From Octopus bimaculoides (Eukaryota), in NCBI RefSeq assembly GCF_001194135.2, contig NC_068992.1, positions 65,249,288 to 65,312,702 on the forward strand: 63,415 nt of DNA, given 5' to 3'. The notes beneath the pieces were generated by a model. The model saw only the letters and a program-made list of their open reading frames with translations, made no database searches and was not told the origin of the DNA. The stretch's first letter is position 1, and each line of letters begins with the position of its first letter. Shown piece by piece: positions 1 to 12,826 of this stretch. Both the position numbers and the translations under genes were made by a program.

Positions 1-59
<59 letters not shown>

Positions 60-1176
60 CATATATATATATGTATATGTGTACCTATATAGGTGTATAT
101 GATATAGATGTTTATATATATATACATGGATGCATTTACGTATGTACGCGTTTGTGTTTGTGCATTGTTAGTGGCAAAACGATCCATTGAAAAGAATATT
201 TCTAGAATACCCCCTCCCACAAACACACACATATAGCGAAATTCACCACTCCCACACGTAGTCTCACATGTACTCACAAACACCAGATATTTTTTTTTTC
301 TGTTCAGATAGCATTCGTTTAGTACATTGATAGAAGTCTACAAATATTAAATCGATCCAGTGTATTAATGGAATTTATCGAACCTGAAGGAAAGAAAAAT
401 ATAACACTTGGCGCAATGGGATTTGAACTTACGTATTTCAGTGAAGGAAGAATTGATGTATTGTCAAACATCAAATATGATACTGTACTGTTGATGATAA
501 TAAATACTGACTTATATAACATTAATACAGTGCATATAGGCTGTAGTAAGTCCTCATTATTTCTTTTTTGCTATTTTCATTATCCTATAATCTCCTTTCG
601 TGTGCACTATTGGTGCAGTTTGACTTTGGGACGATAAGGGATGCGTGGCCCTTTCTACGCACTGATCGACCCAAAGATTGAATTCTTCATCGTGGTTTGA
701 GGGATTGTTTAGAAACAACCGATAAATGTCCCTTATATTGAAGAATATAGTATTAAGTAAATTATGGCAGAAGTGATATAATTCTTAAACTTTCTAATAC
801 TGGCCACACGTAAAGGATGATGCGGAATGGAATGCCAATTGCGATTGCTGAATAACCAATGCATTGCAGAGGTTGCGTAGACAGACCATACACCTTGTAT
901 ACTGTCCAAGAACGCTGAAGAAGGTGGCAATAATGTTCGGTTTAAACTGTTGCAGTTCCACATCGAAAGGAATACGAGAACAAGGAGCAGAATCCTGGCG
1001 GCCGATATTCTTGAGGGAAATAATTGAACGCAATATTTCGTACAATATCGAAGAGATTGACGACAAGAAGAAGAAATGGAAAGGTGGGGACGGGGGATAG
1101 TAGACGAGATCACAGCAGAGCATTTATAATGACTGACATATAACCAGCATCGTCCTTCTGTCTGTATGAATGTCTG

Positions 1177-1236
<60 letters not shown>

Positions 1237-1444
1237 GATCTAACTACATATCTATTGATCTGTTTGTCTGACTGTCTGTCTCTCAGCTCTCTATATATAA
1301 CAATATGGGTACACACAGAGTCACCTACACGCATACACACACACACAACTCATTTATATGTAGATAGATTTATCAATTTATATCTAGCACTGCCTATGTA
1401 TCCAGGTGTACAATAGATAAGCTTGTATATATATATATATATAT

Positions 1445-2375
1445 NNNNNNNNNNNNNNNNNNNNNNNNNNNNNNNNNNNNNNNNNNNNNNNNNNNNNNNN
1501 NNNNNNNNNNNNNNNNNNNNNNNNNNNNNNNNNNNNNNNNNNNNNNNNNNNNNNNNNNNNNNNNNNNNNNNNNNNNNNNNNNNNNNNNNNNNNNNNNNNN
1601 NNNNNNNNNNNNNNNNNNNNNNNNNNNNNNNNNNNNNNNNNNNNNNNNNNNNNNNNNNNNNNNNNNNNNNNNNNNNNNNNNNNNNNNNNNNNNNNNNNNN
1701 NNNNNNNNNNNNNNNNNNNNNNNNNNNNNNNNNNNNNNNNNNNNNNNNNNNNNNNNNNNNNNNNNNNNNNNNNNNNNNNNNNNNNNNNNNNNNNNNNNNN
1801 NNNNNNNNNNNNNNNNNNNNNNNNNNNNNNNNNNNNNNNNNNNNNNNNNNNNNNNNNNNNNNNNNNNNNNNNNNNNNNNNNNNNNNNNNNNNNNNNNNNN
1901 NNNNNNNNNNNNNNNNNNNNNNNNNNNNNNNNNNNNNNNNNNNNNNNNNNNNNNNNNNNNNNNNNNNNNNNNNNNNNNNNNNNNNNNNNNNNNNNNNNNN
2001 NNNNNNNNNNNNNNNNNNNNNNNNNNNNNNNNNNNNNNNNNNNNNNNNNNNNNNNNNNNNNNNNNNNNNNNNNNNNNNNNNNNNNNNNNNNNNNNNNNNN
2101 NNNNNNNNNNNNNNNNNNNNNNNNNNNNNNNNNNNNNNNNNNNNNNNNNNNNNNNNNNNNNNNNNNNNNNNNNNNNNNNNNNNNNNNNNNNNNNNNNNNN
2201 NNNNNNNNNNNNNNNNNNNNNNNNNNNNNNNNNNNNNNNNNNNNNNNNNNNNNNNNNNNNNNNNNNNNNNNNNNNNNNNNNNNNNNNNNNNNNNNNNNNN
2301 NNNNNNNNNNNNNNNNNNNNNNNNNNNNNNNNNNNNNNNNNNNNNNNNNNNNNNNNNNNNNNNNNNNNNNNNNNT
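1445..2375. other. Assembly gap. Other gaps: 20597-21102, 24767-24782, 33043-33331, 38320-38566, 45084-45196, 46623-46982, 47953-48405, 55067-55287, 56620-57618, 61189-61509
   Basis: N runs, mostly flanked by (TA)n. All X-containing ORFs are artefacts. Confidence 0.99.
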
Positions 2376-2728
2376 ATATATATATATATATATCGTTATT
2401 GCTCTTTTATTCGCCATCACTACGATCTTTCACTAATCTTTATTTGAATTATAGATTGCTTCCTTAACCTGATCGATCATTCTTTATCTTTTTTGACTCT
2501 CCGATGTTTCAGTTTGATTTCATTTTCAAGAATATTCAATTTTTTTTTCACATATAAATATTGCTTCCCTTCTTTTTCTATGTCTGTATGTGTAGAATGG
2601 GATATAGAATAGTATACATGTGTCTGTTTCTATACTCAAGTATCTTTATACGTGCATACTCAGATATACCAACATATACATATGCATGCAATAAAACCCA
2701 ATGGCATACTGACGTATGCGTCTATCTA

Positions 2729-2771
<43 letters not shown>

Positions 2772-2880
2772 ATCTATCTATCTATCTGTCGGTTTCTTTA
2801 TATTCTTATTTATTTACATATATACATATACACATATACTTATATACATATACATATAGAGATATAATTTTATATATATA

Positions 2881-3075
2881 TATGGTACCCTCGTGGGCAT
2901 CGGTACCATTTTCCTCTTTCTCCGTTCTTCCATTCTCCGAACTTTCCATCTTTCCGACGAAGGGCTACGCCCGAAACGTCATACACTCTCTCTTTCCTTT
3001 CCTGAGCGTCCAATAATACTTTCCATATCACGTCCTCACTTTGTTGTTTTTTTGTTTTTTTGTTATTGTGTTTTT
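2881..3075 (+). mobile_element. Penelope-like element terminal (pLTR-type) fragment carrying a degenerate hammerhead motif
   Basis: GC-richer ~190 bp island between (TA)n tracts containing CCGACGA-A-GGGC-TAC-GCCC-GAAAC-GTC, followed by a pyrimidine/T-rich tail; this layout is typical of PLE termini. No ORF. Confidence 0.6.
2951..2983 (+). ncRNA. Minimal type-I hammerhead ribozyme-like motif (degenerate)
   Basis: Core CCGACGA 2954-2960 (U4->C), extra A, stem II GGGC/GCCC with loop UAC, GAAA 2973-2976, loopless palindromic stem III ACGU, GUC triplet 2978-2980. Stem I is weak (UUU/AUA). Confidence 0.55.
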
Positions 3076-3076
3076 G

Positions 3077-3112
<36 letters not shown>

Positions 3113-3429
3113 CGTATATGTGTATATGCACATATGTATAAACATACACACAGGCACTCATAGACACACATACACTCACACACACAAGCACACACAAACA
3201 TATATCTATTCATACCCTCTAAACACTAGAAAAGACAGACCTTCCCGACTTTACGATTTCCTGCCACGAATAAATTGACTCAGCAAAATTGAAGAGGTAG
3301 TGTTTGAAGTCACCCATACAGTTTGATTGTAATTATCCATCGTGTAAACTGAAATTTGATAGGATGACCATTAAGGACCCTAAAATATATCTGCAAAGTT
3401 TGAGATGTAGCAGACATATTTTTACTTAC

Positions 3430-3628
3430 CTATATTAATGGACCGACACGTCACACGCTTCAAGTATTCTATAGGAATGGAGAAGAACATTTTTGAAAAA
3501 AGATTTGTTATGGCGAACCAGGAATTGAAAATATTCTCGGCGCTTAAATTGCGCAAGGAATTGTATGCTGTAATCAAACGGGAAATTCCTTTAAGTCTGA
3601 ATTTTGGGAGGACGAAACACACGTCACA
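3430..3628 (-). other. Candidate spliced exon (199 nt), product unknown
   Basis: Minus strand: branch-like CTAAT, polypyrimidine tract and CAG acceptor (ttctaatcttttttcatccaccag|tgtgac), and consensus donor (aatatag|GTAAGT). One frame is open throughout (CDVCFVLPKF...RSINI). No homology recognised. Confidence 0.35.
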
Positions 3629-3878
3629 CTGGTGGATGAAAAAAGATTAGAAATGATTTACCAAACGATATAATATCATCAACGCTAGATTTATGTAGTG
3701 ACTAAAGCTGTGAAAGCGAATGTCAAACTCTGCTTCTTATTTCGTGATGTATAAAAGCACCCAGTGAACTCAGCATACACACACAAATGTATACAGGTCT
3801 AAAGAGGGATTTGAAATTTTGACATAAGGTCAGTAATTCCGGGGAGAGGTAAAAAGACGATTACATCGATCAGTATTC

Positions 3879-4024
3879 AACTGGTACTTACTTTTTCGAT
3901 TCCCTCGAAAAGATGAAAGCCAAACTAAACCTCGGCGAAATTTGAACCCAGAACGTAGAGATGGACAAAATGCTGCTAAGTATTTTACCCGGTCTGCTAA
4001 CGATTCTGCCATCTCCGCCGCCGC
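3879..4024 (-). mobile_element. tRNA-derived SINE, family A (head and central domain)
   Basis: Reverse complement of the family-A consensus (ggcggcggagatggcagaatcgttagc...gttctgggttcaaatttcgccgagg...tttcatc), matching the copy at 59425-59640. Confidence 0.85.
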
Positions 4025-4044
4025 TTTATACATTCGTATCTTGT

Positions 4045-4415
4045 TTCTGTTGTTGTGATTCCTGTCAGTTCCGCTGATTTCAGCATTTCTTCCCTTCCCC
4101 TCGTTCTCTTGCCATTCTTCTCCACGTTCTTCCAAAATATCTTTCTTAAATCGTCTTCCCACCTGATTTGTGGTCTTGCGAGTGGTCTATTCCATTCGGT
4201 CGAGTACAACTCGACAACTGCACGGCTCCACCGATTGTCTACGAACCTTGCGACATGACCAGAGCATCGTACCTTTGCATTGTGGTATTCTGCGATGATG
4301 TCTTTCTCTCCTGTTCGATTCCAGATTTCTTTGTTCCGTATGTTATTTCTTAGCGACTTTCCAAACGTCGACCTTCCCATGGCTCTCTGCGCAGTAAGCA
4401 GATGTTGTTCTATAA
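4045..4415 (-). mobile_element. 5'-truncated RTE-clade LINE, 3' end of ORF2
   Basis: Translation EQHLLTAQRAMGRSTFGKSLRNNIRNKEIWNRTGEKDIIAEYHNAKVRCSGHVARFVDNRWSRAVVELYSTEWNRPLARPQIRWEDDL matches the RTE C-terminal motif (QRAMER..LGISL...IRNE.IR..T...WAGH.AR..DNRW...W.P..R..GRP..RW.D). Short (ACA)n-like tail near 4050. Confidence 0.9.
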
Positions 4416-5051
4416 TTTAGCGAGGACAAAATAAATGTATCTTGTCATTGCTACATGAAAACCAATTGTAAAATAGCGGTTTCATTAACGTATATTATGG
4501 TTTATGTAGCATGTCGCATTTCTAATAACGGAATAATATCTGCAGACAATCCCCACCTCAAAATCTTATAAAGTGTTAATAGAATCGAAATATACAAAGA
4601 ACACAATATGACACGAATAGACCAAGATTATTTATTATATGATTAGCGTCTAAGAGAAAAAACATTGAAAAGCTTAATAGAAAAACCATCTGCTTGGTCC
4701 AAATAATATTTTGGAACAAGGCGACTTGTCTCTAGAACAATCATAATAAAAAAGAAAAATTAATGCTACGGGTGATCGAACCTCAGAAAATTAAAGGATT
4801 AAATGAGGACTTGGTGGGGTGTTGGCGGTGGTTGTTGTGGTCATATTTTGCATCCGTGTCTTTTCATCTGTATTTGCGTTTTGCGTTTTGCGTTCAAACC
4901 CGTTTCAGCTTTGATTCTCGCTTTCATTGTTCCGGTATCAATAGAAATGGTGTCACCTCAATTAACCACAATGTTGATACAATCAAAGAAACCCTATTCG
5001 TTAGAAATGTCTGTGTTTTCTGATGCCAAAACGACAAATAATTCTCGGCGA

Positions 5052-5132
5052 CACGTGACTGGCGATGATTTACAATAGTTAAAACCTGTCCCATAGCTTC
5101 TGACGTCATCTGTCTGTGTGATGATGACGTCA
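5052..5132. promoter_or_regulatory. Motif cluster: E-box CACGTG and two full CRE palindromes TGACGTCA
   Basis: CACGTGAC at 5052-5059; TGACGTCA at 5101-5108 and 5125-5132; non-repetitive CpG-containing sequence. Function is inferred. Confidence 0.4.
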
Positions 5133-5340
5133 CACTCAAAAGAGGAAAGGCAGCTGTTTCCTTACGAACCACATACAAAAGCGCAATCAGTGATGGAAAC
5201 AATCAGATATTAGCTTCAAGGATCGAATCTTGGCAATGAGCTAAACTAGACAAAAGAATTCGGAAGATTTAATTATTGTCATGCAGTGTTTATACAATTG
5301 ACGACACTGAATATAACACACACACACACACACACCACAC

Positions 5341-5376
<36 letters not shown>

Positions 5377-5534
5377 GCTCACACACACAAATACAGAGGA
5401 GAGACTTTCCATTATACACTCCTCTTCTTTATATGTGTGTGTGCCTGTTTGTGTTTGCATGTGTGTATATGTGTACACGTGTGTATATAGATACATAAAT
5501 ACATATATTATCTAATAACAGTTTGACTCAGCTC

Positions 5535-5629
<95 letters not shown>

Positions 5630-5649
5630 ATTTACTTTTCGTAATGAGA

Positions 5650-5765
5650 TAAAAATGAAAGCAAAATCGACCTGAGCGGAATTTCAACTCAGGACATGTA
5701 GACGGATGAAATGTTGCTAAGCATTTTGTTCAGCGTGCTAAGGAATCTGTCACGTCGACGTCCAC
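5650..5765 (-). mobile_element. SINE family A head fragment
   Basis: aaagcaaaatcgacctgagcggaatttcaactcagga...gctaagcattttgttcagcgtgctaaggaatctg is the reverse complement of the family-A head. Confidence 0.75.
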
Positions 5766-8059
5766 CTACCTGTCATAATATTGGTGTGTTGTTGTCGAGG
5801 TGAAACGTATCATCAAAGATATTCCCAGCGTGAACACAACATTTATTTTTATGTGTACAGAGAAGTATGTCATTTGATAATTCCCCGCTTCGTTGCAGAT
5901 GTTATAAAGTCGTGATTTGGAGGGGATTTGCCATGAGAGAGAAAAGAAAGATCTTCAAACAGGTATCAAAAAAATTATACACACTCACGGGTGACATAAA
6001 CTGCCTTGATAAATTAGAAATCCATTGCAGGGACTAATATCTAATTATAACGTCAAGTGTTCCAGATGATTCTTTCGAAATTGTTATGAGCCATAAAAAA
6101 TATAGAGAAGAGAAATAGCTTTTGGAAATGGCAATAAAGAGAAAGACATTTCCTTTTGGCATGGGGTATAATTACGACAAATTCAGCTTGCTTAAAAAAA
6201 TTAGTTATGATTGCTTCCGATTTAAGCCTGTTATTTAAAAATCTTCTTTCGCAAATAACTGATGTAATACTTGGCAAAAATAATGGTCTAACTGATGTTA
6301 GCTATCAAACAAATCATTCGGTATTTTAAAATTTTTATTTCATTCAGATGTATACCCTATAATTTAGAGGAGGGATCTTCAAGGGTTCTGACGCCTCTAC
6401 ATTTCTCAGTGGATTTAGGAATGTAACTTAATTGAAGTCCGACAAAACGAACACAAATCATGTTCAAGTATTAAGTCGTCAATAAGTTCTTAATACGGAA
6501 CTCGCCTAAAGCCACAAATATGTTCATATTTCTTGTGATATACCGAAATATTAGTCTCCTCCTCTACTACTGAGGACTCAACCAGAGTTCATGGAAGCTA
6601 TATCTAAGTATTTCGTTGTGATTGGGAAAGGTTATAGCTTCAGGGAATGTCAAACTGATACACTAAAAGTACACACACTCACACACATACACACACACAC
6701 ACATACACACACACACACGCACGCACGCACACACACACACCACACACACCACACACATACACACATGTGCATGACAAAAATACGAAAAGAGAAAAACAAA
6801 GAACGTGATGGATGTCTCACATTATCGATCAACACACTGATCGATTTATTGTGTTTCATCAGACGTGACACACTGAATCTTACTTGCCGTTGTTATTCTT
6901 GCTTAATCTCAAGTATGATCTTATTAAACACTCCAGTTTTGACCATCCTGTCTTAATTTGCAGACATAATATCTTCTATATCCATAGTTTCCTTCCTGTT
7001 TTGAGAAAAATTGCGTGCAGTATGACGAAGTTATTGCTGTTGTTTTTAGCAAGGAGGGCGACCCCATATAGTGTCACTTTGGAACTTGATGACACTTCAC
7101 AAGAGATATACATACATGTGAGCACATGCATACGTCTACACTTAAAAATAAGATGGAATTTTTTACCTAGATTATTCAGCTGTTCGATCCCCTGCAATAC
7201 ACGTGTGCGTGTGGATGTAGTATATATGTGTATGTGTGCGTGGATACATGTGTGTGTGCGGAAAATACTTTGAGGGATTATAGTTCAATACTCAACTAGC
7301 AATCAAAGGTCAATTGAGCTGAGTTAAAATTAGTTGTAAGAACGAAAGTCTCCAAGACAGAAAGTGAGGATTGGCATTGCTATTTCTAAACGGTACAGAA
7401 TTAATCCAAGAATACTTTTGTCTACTGCATTAGCACCAACAGCTATCAGACATTCTGCTTTCCAATTACTGCTCCCTTCAATCAACTCACAACAGTGGTT
7501 ACAAACGACATTTTCAATATCGATTTATATATTTTCTTAGACAAATATTGATTTTAATCTAAGTCACTATATCGCATATTTTATAAAAGAAATGTTTTGA
7601 GATATTTTAAATTAGTGTTTCTTCTTCAAATATATTAATGGCATAAGTGCAAAGATGTAGGTCAAAATGAGATCGAAACCGTTCATTTAGAAGCAGCAGG
7701 GTGGCCTCTCGGCAGTTGCATGATATCATAGAAATAGTAGCCAAGCGTGCTTCAAATCATATCCTACTCCATTTATCCAAAAAAAAAAAAAGGAAAAAGA
7801 AAATGCAAAGAAAAACGCCCACGTAAACAATGAGCTCCTATCTACACTATTTCTGCATCCGAGACAGTATTCAAACTTTGAAGCCGTTCATTGTGGAATT
7901 ACTAAATCAGGGGTTTTCTGAATCTAAATAATATCAATAAGCTTATAGATTGTTGTCATCTTTCGCTGTACTATTACAACAATAAAATTAACATTTATAT
8001 AATATTGATGCTACATATTTTGTTTATACGTTACATATATTGTAGGATATTTCGAGAAT

Positions 8060-8614
8060 GTCCTTGATGTTCTTTGCGATATTTTCAGCGCACATGGCTC
8101 CAAATGAATATCAGTCCATAATAGACCCTTCCTTTGTAACATTACTGTGTACAATATTGATTGCAAACATTTTGCACAGGTTCATTTATTTTGTTGGAAG
8201 TCTATAGCTGACTATAATAATCTGTGTACGAGAAACCTAGCGGTATTATCGGTCGTGAAGCTGAAATGCAAAATCGGGCAGAACAGGGTCTGAAGTGAGA
8301 TCGTAACCAAGGTTAACACAACATATCACTCATCCGTATTATTCGTCGGGCCTTGCTCCTTCAGATTTACAGAAATCATGTGGTTGGATTAACTCTCGAT
8401 GCGACTAGCAAAGTCGAAACTGACATTTCGGAATTGGTCACTACGAAACCGAAAGTGTTTTCCGCTAATACTATTAAAACGTTTACGAGTAGATGGAAAG
8501 ATGTTATAGATAATCATGGAAACCATATTGACGATTAAGTTTCATTAAATGTAAGATTTGATCATTTGATATCCTTATTTAAAATCTGGACATTACTTAT
8601 GGGATGACCTGATA
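8060..8614 (+). mobile_element. Degraded mariner (Tc1/mariner) element: transposase C-terminus and 3' TIR
   Basis: HPYYSSGLAPSD (8331-8366) corresponds to mariner HPPYSPDLAPSD. ORF end ...VETDISELVTTKPKVFSANTIKTFTSRWKDVIDNHGNHIDD* matches the mariner C-terminus. TIR-like end cattacttatgggatgacctga followed by TA at 8613-8614. Contains frameshifts and stops. Confidence 0.88.
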
Positions 8615-9020
8615 AATACGAGATACACGCGCATCAAGGTGTATGATTATTGTACGTAAGAATAAGTGAAAATTTGTAACGTTGCCATTATTGTTAAACT
8701 GGATTAGTGGTGCAGAACAGGCGACTACGCATAACATACGCCCCTCTGAAAAGCTAACAAGAAATAATTTGTCACAGTGTATAGGAGAGACCTTGTTTGT
8801 CTCAATTTGGCGGTTTACGACATTGTGTTCCTGGAAATCTTTGCTATAAGTACAGCTACCCGACATCTTTCCACCCGTGTTGAATGCGGTATAGGGCAGT
8901 AAGATTGTCTGAATCTTGGCAGTCATTAAATCTCAGGTTAATGACATTTGAACTTTCTTTACAAGTAATGCATAATTTGAAATAGTATAATGAAAGTTTC
9001 AACAGATGACATTAATGTAG

Positions 9021-9101
<81 letters not shown>

Positions 9102-9479
9102 CAACGATGAACGTATACACATACACACACGCACGCTCGTATACATATAGATATAACCACGCATGAGCAATCCCACTGTTTCTCTAAGTAGCAAGTAATT
9201 TTGTAAAAGGCAAGATCACGTCATTATTTGATAGACACGTGAGTGCTTCGGTACCTGAGTGATTAAAAACAAATTGGGTTAAGAATTAGGATATGAAAAG
9301 AAATATATTTGGTTCTATGATTACAAGGAATTCGTCTCTTCATTGTTCACCAGAATCACTGCTAAAAGCGAAAAGCTCAGAATACTTGTTTGCACTTATG
9401 TCTATTGGTTTACATATATACAAGCATACATACATGCATACATACACACGAACACACATTCACACACACACATATATAT

Positions 9480-9535
<56 letters not shown>

Positions 9536-10839
9536 GTATATAGATAGATAGATAGATAGATAGATTGATAGATAGATTGATAGATATATACATATATACA
9601 TGTAACATATGTGGATATAAACAAATAAGAATATACATACATACATACATACATACATACACACATGCAGCCCACGCACACGCAAACAGAGACTAGCACA
9701 GATACATAAATACGTACATGCTGCACATCGAGTTATTGTAAGCAAGATCATGACATTATAGTGAGACATCACCAAACCATAAATTGTAAATTGGATTATT
9801 TAAACAATCAAAAATTACACGCCACTAAGTATCTTAATGCGTAACGTAATTTTATTAATTTAATCGAATTAGACCGCTACAAGAAAATCACATTTTCCTG
9901 AGCTTCTCATAATCTCCTTTTAGTCTTGGTAATAATTTCTTTGTAGAAATGTATGTATATGAAGAGAAACGGGCAAAAAGGAGGGAACTTATTGATACGA
10001 TGTTATATTTATTTATAGTCATCAGATCTTGGCATACAGTCACACACACGTCTAGTGGTACATAAAGAGCGTATAGCACATAGGTATGTAGAATGTATAC
10101 GCATATGTATCGGTATGTATGTATGTTTGTAAGGATGTATATATGTGCGTATACACACATAAACACACGCATATATACATACATACATACATATATGCAT
10201 ACATACATACATACATACATACATACATACATACATACATACAAAAATACCCTGTTGTTGATGTTGAAATTTCAATGAGGGAGTCTTGGATCTAGTTTAG
10301 AAACCGGTTCTTTTTTCTATTGGCAAGAAATCTTGAAATAAACAAAATAATGACAGACATATAGACATACAAACATACAAATACATATACACACAAACAT
10401 GTGTGTGTGTGTGGGGGGGGCATGTGTAGTTCTCTAGAATAGAGACAAAGCTTGATACTTGGTTGAAGGGGCATAGTCAATGCTATCGGCCCCAGTAAGA
10501 TGACTGATGTACTATTTAAATGTCGTTAAGAACACGATGTGTTGGGAGTATATTAGCGTCTCTTATTAGATGGATGCTGGTGGAGAAATAGATAAATCGA
10601 GCGATCGTGTTGGTCATAATTTGATCAACATTCATTAATGTGTGTGCGGTAATCTAATTTGTTTCCCCTCACTCACTTTAATTATGTTTATTAGGAAATA
10701 CGTTATTCATTGCGTCTGTTATTTATTGCATCCGGTATGGACATAATATGTCATTCGATCGAGATTTGGCCACTATTTGCAGATGGCCGACCAATGACAT
10801 ACTCATCACGTTGGCTGCTATATTGCTTTTTTAGTGACA

Positions 10840-11056
10840 ACACAGGGCTAAACATAGAGGGGACAAACAAGGACAGACAAAGGGATTAAGTTGACTACTT
10901 TGACCTCAGTGCGTAACTGGTACTTATTTACTCGACCCCGAAATGATGAAAGGTAAAGTCGACCTTGGCGGAATTTGAACTCAGAATGTAACGGCAGACG
11001 AAATACTGATAAGTATTTTGCCCGGTGTGCTAACGATTCTACCAGCTCGCCGCCCT
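10840..11056 (-). mobile_element. SINE family A, near full length
   Basis: aactggtacttatttactcgaccccgaaatgatgaaaggtaaagtcgaccttggcggaatttgaactcagaa...gctaacgattctaccagctcgccgccc. Confidence 0.9.
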
Positions 11057-12769
11057 ATTAACGACTCTATATTAAGTAAAAGATGTAGTGATCAGAAGCA
11101 GATATTGAACACTGCACCTTCATGTTGTTAGACGATTTGTAGCCATGATTCTCAGTTTTATATCACTTAAATTTTTCAAGTTTGTGATGAGGCCATCTGG
11201 AAGACTTTGTTGTACATATACATTATGTATATATGCGTGTGTGTGTGTGTGTGATAAATGCTATAAAAACGTTGATATAGATTGATATAGGTGCTAAAAC
11301 CAAATGCAGTCGCAAATGAAAACCGACTAATACTTTCTCTTATTGACTGTTCTAATGGTGCCAAAGTTCACAATAATGGCCGCAGTTACACACGATATAT
11401 TTCCAGCTTTAACACTTGCTAATCTCCTTTTGTCTTGTATTACAAAATCCTGATAATCTCATTCTTTAGCTCCCTCTCTCTCTTTCTCTCTCGTTTTATC
11501 TTTCTCTGCCTCTCCGTCTCTCTCTTTCGCTCCCTTTCGCTCATTGCACACAATGATCGGTTCTCCTCTGCTTCGTACGATTCTAATACGAAATGATGAA
11601 TGCTATTATAATCATACTGCTATGTTGAGAACAAGCGTTCTGTTCACTTATCCCCAGTCAGCGTTTAAATATATACAAAGCAGTAATTCATTTCGGTGTT
11701 GATTTGAGGAAATAATTTATTTTAATACAACAAATATTCCTGGCGGTGTTTTTATGGGCAAAGTACCAAAGAAAAATTTGTTAAAATTTTACAAGCGTGA
11801 TTCATTCACAAATAATTTAAAGGATAATTAGTTTCGAGGGAATTTGATTCTGGAAAGTGAATGGAATCCCATTAGCAACAATTTTCTCTCTGAAAGCAAC
11901 AAGTTTTGTTTCAGGCAGCTTTAATGGTATCATTCATTTCACAAACCAGATCTTCATTCGAAACGATATCTCTGACAGAGTTAACAGCACATGAGCAATA
12001 TTTGTGTCCAAATTATGTCATTTAAACACCCTTTCAATGGAAAACAACTCACAAGAGATCTGTCAATTGCACGGTACCGATATTGAAATTTATTTCTCTT
12101 AAATTAATTCCACAGAACAAATCTCATAACAAGGGACATTTTTTTTTTGCTTTAATTAAATCCAAAGAAAATTCTTGTTTCCTTTTACATAATTATTCAA
12201 GAGCTTTGGCATAAGATTATAACGGAAAACAAAAGTTATGTAATCAATGGTTAACAACGAGCGACTTTTACATATATTTACATATTCATATTTTTTTCAT
12301 TCCATATATTAAACCAGTTAAATAATGCTCGAAATCGTATATAGTAACATCTATGTTCAGTTCATTTAAGTTATTCATACCTATGGCGATATCACATGAT
12401 GCTATTTGTTTTTTCACTCTAAGTAATTTAAATGATAATCTTCACATATATTTGATAAATATATCACCTGAAATGCTATAAATTTCTAGTGAGAGACAGC
12501 TTCGTCTCGGTCGAAATATGCTATGGCAAATCTCTCTAAAGATAGTTTTCTTTACTGACAAAGATAATGTTTTAGACAAATAAGAGTTGGCATTAATGCT
12601 AGAACGCATTTCTACAGTAACATTAATACTAATTCTCTTTATCTACTTCTAAATAGATATCTGGTAGTCAGCCAGACAGCTATATGACTGGAGAGGTATA
12701 TGACACATGCGCACATGCACACATGCACACATACGCACACATATACATATATATACATATATATATATA

Positions 12770-12826
<57 letters not shown>

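Noticed and set aside
308-637. Strong + strand acceptor (ttttttctgttcag at 307) and 89-aa ORF
   Set aside because: All three frames stop within 25 nt of the acceptor, the donor is unconvincing and no homology is recognised.
790-1100. GC-richer segment with ORFs on both strands; YWPHVKDDAEWNANCDC* faintly resembles a Gypsy integrase zinc finger
   Set aside because: No continuous recognisable domain in any of six frames and stops in most; similarity too weak to call.
6569-6600. CTGAGGA-CTC-AACCA-GAG hammerhead-like start
   Set aside because: GAAA is missing after the stem. Other CTGANGA hits (915, 19557, 27946, 39139, 41175, 44311, 45650, and minus-strand 6856, 34104, 37308, 41563, 48485, 59366) likewise lack the stem II-GAAA-UH arrangement.
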